From a virus: a stretch of 64,000 nucleotides of DNA. Within the stretch, counting starts at the first letter, position 1. Every line of letters starts with the position of its first letter. Both the position numbers and the translations under genes were made by a program. The stretch is taken from IMG/VR virus record IMGVR_UViG_3300027987_000382, positions 64,001 through 128,000 of that record. One strand, 5' to 3'. The notes beneath the pieces were generated by a model. That model was not told the origin of the DNA. It saw nothing but the letters and a program-made list of their open reading frames with translations, and made no database searches. Positions 19,425 through 30,700 of the stretch are shown here, piece by piece.

Positions 19425-20115
19425 CAAGTATCCTCTGTCGTAATTCTGATGACGAGTAATTGTGCGATCGATCGTGGAAGTAGAGAACCCCGCAGTATTC
19501 CTTGCCTGTGATCTCACCCTGGTTATCAGAGCCAAGGAATCGAATATCCGGCCGGATATCCTTGAGCAGAGTTGTCAAGTCCGCTTCTGTGTCGTACTGA
19601 ACTATCTCGTCAACGTACTTACAACCTTCAAGTTGAATGCGACGCTCTTCAAGCGATTGAATTGGTTGATTTTTACTCGGCCGATCGATAGTTGGATCTG
19701 TCTGCAAGGCCGCTATCACGTGGTCACATCGTTCTTTGGCTTCTTTCAGAATCAAACAGTGACCGGCGTGAAGAAGGTCGAAGCAACTCGCCAAGAAGCC
19801 AACTAATCTGATATTTTGTTCCATCCTCCATGCAGCCGTGCTGATCGCTTTGTCATCAACCAGACGATCGAACGAATGTTTCCCGGTCAAGAAGTAGTGA
19901 TACTTGACGCCCCATTCGTTCAACTGGAAAATGCTCAGTGGTCCGTAATCTATCCCAGACGTTCCGCCACGCGATGTGTGGATCGTGATTTCGTGTCCCT
20001 CATCGTACAGCTGATTCACACGCTGGATCACTTTGAGAAGCGGAACCGCCTCTGAATAGTCCCTAGACGCTGGAGTTAAGCAGAGCGTCTCATCTAGGTC
20101 GAAATAGTATCTCAT
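19411..20115 (-). CDS. fusion of HAD-family phosphatase and TagD/HldC-type cytidylyl/nucleotidyltransferase
   Basis: N-terminal FDLDETLC...HTSRG...GK...VDDKA; C-terminal FDLLHAGH, ER, VDEI, SSSELR. Confidence 0.85.
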   Translation of the reverse strand: MRYYFDLDETLCLTPASRDYSEAVPLLKVIQRVNQLYDEGHEITIHTSRGGTSGIDYGPLSIFQLNEWGVKYHYFLTGKHSFDRLVDDKAISTAAWRMEQNIRLVGFLASCFDLLHAGHCLILKEAKERCDHVIAALQTDPTIDRPSKNQPIQSLEERRIQLEGCKYVDEIVQYDTEADLTTLLKDIRPDIRFLGSDNQGEITGKEYCGVLYFHDRSHNYSSSELRQRILDGHQ

Positions 20116-21179
20116 AGAAGTCCACGAAATCTGCTCGCGACCAAGCTGTATTCGTACACGGATAGGTACCTCTCATAGGTCATTTTGGCCAGTTCAGCAC
20201 GATATCCAGTATCGAAGAATTTGCTCATCTCGGCAGCATATTCACCTACCGAGTCCGTAACAGCACCGATCCCTCGCACCTGCTCCAAATGGCCAAGGTT
20301 AGTCCCATCGCCGTAATGGCTAACGATCGGTTTGCCATGGGCCATTGCTTCAATGAGGCTAGCAGAACAGACCTCACCGTCGCGACGACAATGTGCATAG
20401 ACGTCGATCGATTCAAGGAAGGCGTGAACCGTCTCTACACCGGAGACTGGCAGAAAGATGACGTTCTTGATTCCCTGACTTTGGACGAACTGACGATGTT
20501 GTTGATCGCCACCAAGGATGACATAATAAGTGTTATTGCGTACTATTTGAGAAAAGGCGTTCAAGGAGACGAGCGATGGAACCCCAGGTGCTTGGTGTAA
20601 TCCAAACACAAGAGCGTCGGCCGGAACACCAATTGATTCTCTGAAGCCCGTACCATCGACTCGTGGGATTGGAATTAGAGACGGGATTACCTCGAGCTTT
20701 GACGTATCACCACCATTCGCTTTCCATTGATTCGCTTGCCAATTGCACAAGAGCACCGACTTGCGAATGTTGGGGGCATTGTAGACATGCCACCCATGGA
20801 TCGTGTGAATAATCGGGACTCGCCCCAATTTGGTGTATGGAAATTCTGGCCTTCCGTCACCGGCTGTTACTAACCGATCGTACTTCGACTCATCGAACAG
20901 ATCAAAGAAATTGGTGTCAACCCAACCAGCTCCATCTGCCGCACTTCTGCGTCTACTTAACTGCACCAATTTGGTGTTGATCCCGGCGGATTCGACAAGC
21001 TCTTTCCTGGCAGGACATGTATCTGGATGTTGCCAGTTCGTTCCCTCGATTGGTGTCGCATTGGTGTAAAAGTAATCGACTTCGTGACCGGCTTCTTTGT
21101 ACAATAATGCAAGACTTTGGAGGTACTTTTCAGTGCCACCGGCCGCCAAACCACCGTACTTGCAAAAAGCGATTTTCAT
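20112..21179 (-). CDS. GT4-family glycosyltransferase
   Basis: GGTEK, HTIHG, GEVCSASLIEAMAHGKP (Ex7E). Confidence 0.88.
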   Translation of the reverse strand: MKIAFCKYGGLAAGGTEKYLQSLALLYKEAGHEVDYFYTNATPIEGTNWQHPDTCPARKELVESAGINTKLVQLSRRRSAADGAGWVDTNFFDLFDESKYDRLVTAGDGRPEFPYTKLGRVPIIHTIHGWHVYNAPNIRKSVLLCNWQANQWKANGGDTSKLEVIPSLIPIPRVDGTGFRESIGVPADALVFGLHQAPGVPSLVSLNAFSQIVRNNTYYVILGGDQQHRQFVQSQGIKNVIFLPVSGVETVHAFLESIDVYAHCRRDGEVCSASLIEAMAHGKPIVSHYGDGTNLGHLEQVRGIGAVTDSVGEYAAEMSKFFDTGYRAELAKMTYERYLSVYEYSLVASRFRGLL

Positions 21180-21199
21180 ACGCTGGAAAACCTATCTTT

Positions 21200-22738
21200 A
21201 TGGAAACAACAAAAGTATCCGGTCTAACGATCGTCCGTAACGCCATTTCGAACGGCTACATGATCGCCGAAGTTATCGACACTTTGGCGGCAGTGGCAGA
21301 GCATCAGATAGTTGTATGTGACGGCCACTCTGACGACGGCACGTACGAGTATCTACAGACACGAAACGACATCGAATTATTCCAAGACCGGTGGGATCTC
21401 GAATCCGAAAACGGCCTGGAATTCGCCAAGATTACCAACCTTGGATTGAAACGATGCACCGGAGACTATATATTCTATCTTCAAGCCGACGAGCTGATCC
21501 ATGAAGACCAGATCGAACAGCTCAAAGAATTGATCCAATCTGGCAAGTATAACTCTATTTCTTGCAAATTCAACCATATCAGATACGATTTGGAATTTGC
21601 ATTGACAGAAGGCTACCAAAGAGCCGCCAGAGTGATCAAGAACAATGTCGGCATCAGCTCTGCTTACGACGGCTATGATTTCCAGGGCAGCGGTATGCAC
21701 CCACAGTGCATTTCAGGGGTCAACATCTACCACTACGGCTACGTCTTCCTCGAGAACATCATGAGGAAGATGATCAATCACTCCGACAATTTCTACAACA
21801 GAGCACCGAATTACGCGAACAGGAAACGCCTCGCCCAAGATTTCCTGAAGAGGATAGAGGCAGGTGAGGTTCTAAACGCTCTCGACCTACAGAAGACTCT
21901 GGAACCAGAGTACACGATACAAAAGCATGGTTTGCCGCTACCAGCCTGCATGGAAAGGTTACGGATCACAACAATCACCTACAGCACTGTTACCAAGTAT
22001 ACCTTACCACCGATTCCAGAGCCACCGGAGCCTAAAGAGCCAGAAGGTCCCGTGCGTACCATCGAGGATCTCGCCGTACATATCCCATTCTGGGATATCG
22101 CTGGTATCAAATTCACACGATCACACAGAGGCAACGCGTGGGTGAATCATAGGCTAAAAATAGCGTGCCTCGGGATACCAAAATGTGCTAGCACATCGTT
22201 GAGAAATCAGTTCAAAATGTCGGAACTGATGTTGGTTGAAGATATCCCAGACGATTATTTTCTATTCAGTGTGATAAGAAACCCGATCGGCAGAATTATC
22301 TCTGCATACATCGAGGTAGTCGAGAAGTGCCGGGCTTATCCAAATGGCAGATATAACACAGATCTTGAACTTTCTGAGGATCAAGTCTCGTTACTCGATG
22401 ATTTGATGGCTGACTACGACGATTGTGGCCGTTTCTCAGTCTATCTCAGCAAAATCCAAGATGAACTTGGTTTCTTCGAGCTTCACTGCGTTCCGCAGAT
22501 CATCTATCTCACGAACGAAAACAATCAGTTAATACCACGCATAGAGATCTTCAGGATCGATCGGCTCGAAGCCTTAGAGAAACGGCTCGGCACCAAAATC
22601 CAAAAAGAGAACCAGTCAGAGAACCCTGGTCTGAAGAATAAACTGGGGCACTTCGTGATGGCAAATTCCACTATCAGAAAACAGATCGCCCAGCTTTACA
22701 ACTACGACGCAAGAATCTGGGAAGAGTACGGCTTGTAA
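21200..22738 (+). CDS. fusion of GT2 glycosyltransferase and sulfotransferase (Sulfotransfer_2-like)
   Basis: DGHSDDGT, LQADE, HYGY; Pro/Glu linker; IPKCASTS (5'-PSB), RNPIGRIISAY (3'-PB), HCVPQ. Confidence 0.85.
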   Translation: METTKVSGLTIVRNAISNGYMIAEVIDTLAAVAEHQIVVCDGHSDDGTYEYLQTRNDIELFQDRWDLESENGLEFAKITNLGLKRCTGDYIFYLQADELIHEDQIEQLKELIQSGKYNSISCKFNHIRYDLEFALTEGYQRAARVIKNNVGISSAYDGYDFQGSGMHPQCISGVNIYHYGYVFLENIMRKMINHSDNFYNRAPNYANRKRLAQDFLKRIEAGEVLNALDLQKTLEPEYTIQKHGLPLPACMERLRITTITYSTVTKYTLPPIPEPPEPKEPEGPVRTIEDLAVHIPFWDIAGIKFTRSHRGNAWVNHRLKIACLGIPKCASTSLRNQFKMSELMLVEDIPDDYFLFSVIRNPIGRIISAYIEVVEKCRAYPNGRYNTDLELSEDQVSLLDDLMADYDDCGRFSVYLSKIQDELGFFELHCVPQIIYLTNENNQLIPRIEIFRIDRLEALEKRLGTKIQKENQSENPGLKNKLGHFVMANSTIRKQIAQLYNYDARIWEEYGL

Positions 22739-23656
22739 TTACGCGTCAATTACGTTTAAGACTCGCTCTGGGGCGAACTCGTCCAAGACGGTCCTTTTCA
22801 GGGGTGGCTCACTGACCATTGACAAATATTCGCTATCGTTGGTCAGGATTTTCTTAACTCGCTTGATTACGGCTGGCCAATCATCTCGGCCGCCAACTGG
22901 AATGAAGTTCCGTTCGTTGAAGTATTCAAATATCTTGTCCGCTCCCCAATAGATTGGCACACATCTGGTGCAAACCCCATGAAGTGCCTTCTCTGTAAGG
23001 TATCCGGGATGCTTGCTGTTTTCAAAAGCGATGATTGATCGGTATCGATTGATGAAGTCGATCTTTTGTTTCTGATCCCCACGTCCACCAATTTCTGGGC
23101 AATTATTCAGAACCGGCCCAGCACAGTCTACTTTGAGGTGTTTCTGCATTTCTCTGCAGAATTGATTCCTCTCTGTTGCGGTTGGGTTCTTTGCTAAGAA
23201 GCAACAACCGTCCGTCTTTTGGCGAAGAAGAACATTACTATCTGTGATCGGCTCGAACAGGCTGTCCATACTCGCCAGGAACGCCATGTCGCGGTTGTGA
23301 TCGTACGGAACATTGAACCAGTTCATGAACAGCACGAATAGAGGCAGGTAGGTGTTCCTTCCCTCGGTCTTGTCGAATGTCAAAGTGACGTCGTAATCAA
23401 GCTTTATATCGGTCCAGTGCCCATTATGCACAGACCAAAGTCCTCTGTTTTCACCGCTGAAAAACACCTTCTTGCAGCGGTGCTTTTCGTACCGAAGCTT
23501 ATCCATGCTGTAGCACGACATGAAGACGATGTCAGGGTCTGACTCGTCGATGAGTACGTCGTACTTCTGCGAGAGGAGATGGAAGAAATAATTGTCTCGT
23601 TTTGGTAGGGCTGGCCAGAAATCAACGAAGTCGATTTTTATCGTTGGTGACTGCAT
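22739..23656 (-). CDS. GT10-family alpha-1,3/4-fucosyltransferase
   Basis: FVDFW, FFSGEN, IAFENSKHPGYLTEK, PIYWG. Confidence 0.9.
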   Translation of the reverse strand: MQSPTIKIDFVDFWPALPKRDNYFFHLLSQKYDVLIDESDPDIVFMSCYSMDKLRYEKHRCKKVFFSGENRGLWSVHNGHWTDIKLDYDVTLTFDKTEGRNTYLPLFVLFMNWFNVPYDHNRDMAFLASMDSLFEPITDSNVLLRQKTDGCCFLAKNPTATERNQFCREMQKHLKVDCAGPVLNNCPEIGGRGDQKQKIDFINRYRSIIAFENSKHPGYLTEKALHGVCTRCVPIYWGADKIFEYFNERNFIPVGGRDDWPAVIKRVKKILTNDSEYLSMVSEPPLKRTVLDEFAPERVLNVIDA

Positions 23657-24267
23657 TGGTAAGTTCCGTTTTCTGATCCTTGGACAACGATCCCCGGCTC
23701 GTACCAGTACACGTTGAGGTTATGCTTCAGAAATCGATAATTCAGATCCCAGTCAATTGCGGCATAGACTCTGTCGCTAACGAGATCGTCGTAGACTGTT
23801 TTAGCTGCTCGGTGATGGATGAGCATGCTGTCTGCACATTTCGATTTCAGTCTCCCGGTGTGTTTGACAAATCCTTTGCCAGGTATCGTTAGGTTTAAAC
23901 CAGTGCCAAAGAAGCACCAATCCAGATCGCCAGGCATTGTAGCACATTCGCGGACAAATTCGTCAAATTTCTTCGGGTCGAAGATGGCATCGTCTTCGAG
24001 TATGATTGCTGGCTCGCCACCGCGTGCGATCTTTCCGAACGCTCGGAAATGTTTGTGGTAAACCGATCTTTCCAGTTTGGTGGTTGCATGCATCGGCCAC
24101 CCATCAGGAAGCGTCGCCTTGTTTTCCTCAGGTGTGGAGAATTTTACTGCACTTGTTTCAGAGGTGATTAGTTCGATGTCTTCGACAGTCTCACAGGCGA
24201 GCAATCGCTCAAACATCGGAGAAATCCTCTCCTTCAGTGCTTTGTAGTGGAGCAGATAAACTTTCAT
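23638..24267 (-). CDS. GT25-like glycosyltransferase
   Basis: IILEDDA, AIDWDLN, VVQGS; GAGG RBS before ATG 24267. Confidence 0.75.
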   Translation of the reverse strand: MKVYLLHYKALKERISPMFERLLACETVEDIELITSETSAVKFSTPEENKATLPDGWPMHATTKLERSVYHKHFRAFGKIARGGEPAIILEDDAIFDPKKFDEFVRECATMPGDLDWCFFGTGLNLTIPGKGFVKHTGRLKSKCADSMLIHHRAAKTVYDDLVSDRVYAAIDWDLNYRFLKHNLNVYWYEPGIVVQGSENGTYQCSHQR

Positions 24268-24315
24268 CTGAATCCTCACGGTACATACGACAACCTTTAA
24301 TAATTACGGTGACCA

Positions 24316-24753
24316 ATGGCGAAACGACGCAAGCAACCAACATTTTTCGTGCTCGAAGGAACAATCCTTTGCTATGAGGACGGAAGTATGTTGGAGTTGC
24401 ACGGACAAGTCCAACCAGCTGAATGGGAACAGATTGTCGAGGAGACAGTCAAGTATCTGGTCTTTGTCGAATGCCTCAAATCTACTGGCATTCCGCTCCT
24501 GGAAGAACGTTGGACCGAAGACGACGACTACTTTAGGATTCAACTCGAAGTTGCCGTATCTAGGATGAGGAATATCGATCCTCTCCTGGTGGCAAAATTC
24601 AAGCAGGACGAAATCGCCGAAGAGTACAAGAAGCAAATGAAAAGTGGGGCCATCGAAGTTAAAGAGGTGGTCACCCAAGTCCGGGAAGCCAACAAGCAGG
24701 CAATCCTGGATCGTTTCGGCGATGGTAATGCTACGCAGGTGTCGGATCTTTAG
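24316..24753 (+). CDS. hypothetical protein
   Basis: 145-aa ORF divergent from the GT25 gene. Confidence 0.65.
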   Translation: MAKRRKQPTFFVLEGTILCYEDGSMLELHGQVQPAEWEQIVEETVKYLVFVECLKSTGIPLLEERWTEDDDYFRIQLEVAVSRMRNIDPLLVAKFKQDEIAEEYKKQMKSGAIEVKEVVTQVREANKQAILDRFGDGNATQVSDL

Positions 24754-24757
24754 CCTC

Positions 24758-24784
24758 GAATCTACACAAATCTACTGTAGATTC
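24758..24784 (+). promoter_or_regulatory. 9-bp inverted repeat upstream of the giant gene
   Basis: GAATCTACA-caaatctac-TGTAGATTC. Confidence 0.45.
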
Positions 24785-24798
24785 TTGAGAGCGAGGAT

Positions 24799-27700
24799 AT
24801 GGCCACTGGCACCGTAAAAGACCCGTTCGAAGACTACAAACGCCCCATTTGTGGCGAGTTCGTCGAGATCGGGCAACCAACATTCGCTGAACTTATCTGG
24901 GCTCGAGAAGTTCTAACACGAGCCACAAGCGGCCCCGACCCAGACGTCGCGACGGCCCTCAGGATTATTGCATATAGCAAAGGCCCTGTCGAACTGCCGG
25001 AAATGCGGAAGAAAAAATCCTTCCACGCAATTCCACCGCCAGTAGCATCAGAGGCTGCAGCCGCCAAATACGCAGTCAACGCCAGAAATAACGCCAAAGC
25101 ATACAAGCAGAAAGTCAAGGGCCTCGGCATCGCTAAGACGAGCGTTGAATTTCGCAAACTCGTCGCCAACGACCCAGAAATCCTCTCCGGTGATCCAGAA
25201 CTACTCAACCCATTAGGTCTGGAAGATTGCGTTATGCTTTCTGGTGGCGGGTTCGGTGGAATCACTCCCATCATCACGCCGACAGGATGCCCACCTAGCG
25301 AATGCGTCGTTGACGCTGTTTTCAGCATCGACAATAGCGGCAGTATGGGCCAATCCATTACTAATGTCAAGAACGGTGCGAATCAGATGGCATCTCTGAT
25401 TTCCACCGTTGCCAATGGCAGCTACCGATTCGCTCTAACAAGATTCGGTCAAGGACAAAACAACGGCAACCTTGACGTCCTGTTGGACATGACAAACCGC
25501 AATTGCGGTAATATTACTGAGTTCCAGACTGCCGTCAACACGATGAATGCCTCTGGTAGTACGGAACCGTGGCACCAGCAATTGCTTCAAGTTCAGGGTA
25601 ACGCAGGTCTTCGCTGGACATTCAGAGAAGAGTCGAACGCAAGGATCATCTTCACAATCACAGATGAGTCCGGCAATGTCACCACCGCTGACACATTGGC
25701 AGCCGCATCCAAACTAGGCAGTTGCAACATTCGTTGGGTTCTGATCTGGACCGGACTGATAAACCCTTACAACCAGACATTCCCAAATCGAACTGCTGAT
25801 GGATTCTCGAACGAAGGACAATTTTTCGACGCAATCGCAAAAAGGACTGGTGGCACCTGGGTGTGGGCTCCAAGAGGCACAGATATCGTGCCACTCATGA
25901 CGAGCTTCATCTTCAGCGTCTGTGCCTCAGCTGGTGAACTGGCCGAATGCCCAGGCGGTGTTGACAAAATCCTGAACGGAAGATTCGAAACGAGCATCGC
26001 CAACTGGAATAATCTTTCGACGCTTCCCCGTACGATCAGCTGGAACAGCGGGTTTCAATCACTCGAATTAAATGGGGCCGCTGGTCAAAAGGTCACTGGT
26101 CTTACTCCAGGTGACATCGCTATCATGAGTTTCGACGTCTGGGTCGAAACCACTCCGAGTGCTGCGAAAGCGGACGCCCCACTTGTTCCGCTTTCTGGTC
26201 CTGCGTGCCCAGCTGGGTATTCGCTACTAGACGAGGATGATTGGACTGGTGGCAACACCTCTCTCCAAGGTTGGGATGGCAGTGGGGCAATAGTCGAAAC
26301 AGGTGCTATGAAGTTCGCTACCATCAACGAAGGTGGCGGAACTGGCTCCTTGACAGACAAGTTGATCTTGACGGCCTCAGATAAGATCAAGACTTCGAAT
26401 CCAGATGGCACCGGTCTCACCGATTTGCTAACTGGATCTGGGAATGCACGCGATCTTGATGTTGACACCGTCCAAAAGCACATTTATTGGATGGAAATCA
26501 ACCAAGCGGGCGGCACCGAGAACGCCATTTATCGTGCGAATTTTGATGGCAGTGGTATAACAAAGATCAAGGACGTCGTGTATTCGCTCGGATTGTTTGT
26601 CGAGAGCACCACTCCATCCTACATCTACTACGGCGAAGCATCTGGGTCGTTCAGAATCAGAAGAATGGATCTCGATGGCACGAACGAAATAACTATCGCC
26701 ACCAGCCCACGCCGAGTAGTCAGATTACAAGTAGACAAAGACAACGGCTACATCTATTGGGTTGGATCGTCATCGGCCAGCAACGGCAGCGTCTATCGAT
26801 GCAATCTTGACGGAAGCAATCTGATTGTCATCATCGACGAAACATCTCAGCCAAAGATGGCGAATGCCAGAGGTATCGCCGTCGATAAGGCTAACGGCAA
26901 GATCTACGTCGCAACAGCCACCGACTTGTTATGGATGAATCTGGATGGTTCTGGATTTGCCGACATCGGAGACACAGGCGGTGCTGGCGATGATGTCTGG
27001 ATTGATCCAGTGGCAGGCCGTCTCTACGTTGCAGATGGTGGTACGGACACAGTTTTCAAGTATCGACTCGATGGCAGCAACCGACAACAACTATTCCCAA
27101 CCAGCACAGCCAATTTCAGTGGTGTAACCAGGCTCGCCGCCAATGCTGGATATGTCACCAAAACAAGCACCGGACTCACACCAGGAGATGATTTCAGATT
27201 TGCTGTTGATTTTCAAGCGATTGGTGGGTCCGGAACAGTTGCGATACAATTGTTTGACGGAGCGGTTCTGCTGGCTGAGAAAACCGGTATCACGATCGCC
27301 GCGATCGAGAACATCTCAGCAACTGTCCCAGCAAGCGGACAGATCACTGCAGTCATCAGAGCCATTCCGAATCCAACATTCAGCATGTCCATCAGAGTTT
27401 CTTCCACTTCATTCTGCGTCTCTGGTGCGGTCGGTGGCAGCGGTGGATTGCTGAAGTATAAGCTGCGGAACAATTCTGGCATAGTCTTAACCGAAGACTC
27501 TGTGACCGACTCTGATCTTCAACCTCCAGGCGTGGCTAACGCACAAAGATTCGACCTCTTTACCACAATTGGTATAGATGGGACAATCGAAGTCTTCTTC
27601 ACAGCGGAAGATGGCGACGACGTCGATTTTTATATCGACAACTGTCTGCTGTGCATTCTGAAAGAAGACGACTGCGGCCCAGGAACCAGAAACCTCGTCC

Positions 27701-30700
27701 TCAATCCGAACTTCGAAAGTGGCGTCGAATTCTGGGACGACAGCACGAACACCCCGATTTCGCCAACAGACGACCCAAACGTCTGGGACGACTTGCTCAA
27801 CGCCATCATCGTCAGCATCACCGGTGAGCGGGAAGTCAGAACAACAATCAACGACCTGAAGCCCGGTGCGAACTACAGCGTTAATTTCGAGTTGACATCA
27901 TTCGAACCGGAAGTAATCGGCACTCTCGAATTCATCTACGGTGTTCTGGACTCCAGCGATGTCGTGATCATTCAAGCGACGAAACTCCGTAGCGAGGTCA
28001 ATCCGCCAGAGAGACTGCAAATCGATTTCGTGGCACCAGCCAATGGAATCGCACGAATCTTCTTCAAAGGCGGCATCACTAGTGGTGTGGCCAAAATTCG
28101 CAACGTCCTGTGCTGCGAAAGATCCGGAGAATGTGAGCCGGGATACACAAAACTGTCGTTCAACGACTTTTCGACTGGTCGTGGTGCGTGGGCAGGTGGC
28201 ACATACGACGCAGTCAACCAATTGATGACGTTGGGAGCGACTGGCGGTGGCAATGATATTCTCAGCCAGACGTTTGCAGCACTCGACCCAGGCTCAACGA
28301 TTCAGATCAGCCTCAATGTTCTGAACAGTCCAGGTGGAGTGGGGGTATTCCAAGTTGAATTCCACTCCGATGGTATCATTGACCAATTCAACACCGGCGG
28401 AACACCCGGCATAAAAAGCTTCTCGTCGATCGTCCAAGACAGCGGCCTCGTGCTGATCAGAATCAAGAATCTATCAGCATTTGCCGCCAATCTCGACGAT
28501 ATCCTCGTTTGTGTCCAGAACGCACCGCCTTGCGACGGCAGCATCACGAATCTTGAAGTGCTGGTTGAATGGGACGGGATTCCGCGTAAACCAACCAATC
28601 TGTTCAATGCCATTGTCAGGTACACGATTAGAGATCCGAACGACCCATTCTCCATCTCGACGGTGACGCACATTCCAACGGACGAAGGTGCCCTTGGCCT
28701 GGCTTCTTGCGACCTTTGGAAGCAACAGGGTCAAGGCGGTGCTCCGCAGAATGGAATTTTGGCCTTTGGAATGACTCCATCGTTGGCCGCCACTATCGAT
28801 AATGGCGATTTCGCTAGTGTCGCCACAAGGACAAACTGGGTTTGGTCGATTCCGGACACAGGCGGCATTCAAGACACGCTCTCGATCGCGTTCCCAGATC
28901 CACCAGAGGGTCTGATCGAAAGTGTAGAAGTGTTCTTGCTGATGAATCACGTGACTCCAAGCGGGTCTGATTCGTCGCCGGTTCACCCAGCACCATTGCT
29001 ATGCACACCGGACCTTGCTTCTGAATTGACAGTTTCGATTCGTTACATCAATAGCCAGAATCTGCAGCGTGAGTTCACCAAGAAGATCAACAAGAACGAT
29101 GTCTGGCAGCAAAATGCAGATTTCACTGTCGGTCTCCCGTGGGATACCGATACGCCTCTCGGTAACGGATTAAAGGGTTCCTCCGCACGATGGGAGTCGT
29201 GGGAATTCGTACTAGACGATGTTGATGGCAAGGGCCTAGACCAGTGCACCACGGCTTTGTTCTTTACAGCAACAGGCCAAGGTGTACTCACTTTCCCAGA
29301 ATTCGGTTTTAAGAACTCGAAGGCACGATTTGTCGATGCTTGTTTAGCCGAAATTCTCATCACCGGTCTATCAGCTGGCTCGGCGGTCAATGAAGTCCAG
29401 TCAATCGTTCTGCCGAACCCATCTGGTGGAACTTGGACATTAACTTTCGATTTCGGTACGGTCGAAACGACGGCCACAATCCCGTGGAATGCGTCGGCGA
29501 CGATGGTTCGAAATAAACTCGCGGCGTTGCCGAACATCGGTTCAAACAACAATGTATCAGTCACTGGAACTGGAACTCAGGCCGATCCGTTCCTCGTGAC
29601 ATTCAAGGGAACTCTCGGTGCGACTGACCACAAACTATTGGTGGCAAATGGGTCTGGTCTAACTGGTGCGTCGACCGCATTCGTTACAACAATCACAGAT
29701 GGAACAATCAACGAACGTCAGACGATCACTCGCAACAGTAGCACAGTAACAGCCGACTTGTTGATCACATTCGGCGGACAAACCACTGTTCCTCTTGCAT
29801 ACAACCGCAGCTTGAACGAAGCTCAATCAGCCCTAGAGGGTCTCTCGAGTATCGGTGCTGGAAACGTCACAGTCAGTGGCGACGTGACCGATCGCGACGC
29901 TCCTTACACCGGCCCACTACGAGTCGATTTCATCAACGCTCTTGGCGGCCAGAATGTGTCGCTGATGACCGTATCGCCAGCGTCGCTCTACACCGTCACG
30001 CAGGATTGGATGGGTGGTGTGCCGCCAGCTGGTGGCGTCAATGAGAAACAAGAAGTTACTGTCGAAGCATTTGGCGGCACATTCGTGCTCCGCGTCTTCG
30101 ACATCGGTGGTACGGCCCCAGATATCATAGTCAACACGGTACAAGATGGTGGTAATACCAACGTTGACATTTATGATATTGAATTTGGTGGAACCCTAGC
30201 CGGACAAGATATCACCGCATGTAGAGGATTGTTCTTTTCCCCAAGTGGTGCCTGGAATGCTGAGGTTTCAACTGTCAGAAACGGTGCGGCTGGTACTGAT
30301 CCGATCACCGAAATCCAAAGGTATTCTCTCATCTGGAGTAGCGGGTTCACTACAGGTTCGTGGGACATCCGAAACATCAGCGGTGAATGCAACATCGACC
30401 CGATTTTCTCCTCTATCCAGGGTTTATTGCTAACAGATCTCACGAAGGGTGTTAATCAATCCTCAATCATCAAAGGCGATCTGGAAACAGCATCAGCTAT
30501 CACTGTCGGCGACCTCACTGTGACGAATGTCCAGCTCGCTGGTTCTCTGAATGAGATCCAGACAATCACAATCACAGGCAATCCAACCAGTGGGACATTC
30601 ACCCTTACAATCGCCGGGGAAACAACAGCCCCAATTCCATACAATGCAACCGCGACCCAGGTCCAAAATGCACTCAATTCGCTGATGGCACTTGCTGGAG

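Noticed and set aside
24768-24783. AAATCTACTGTAGATT resembles a Cas12a repeat stem
   Set aside because: Single copy, no spacers, no cas genes; no CRISPR array is visible anywhere in the window.
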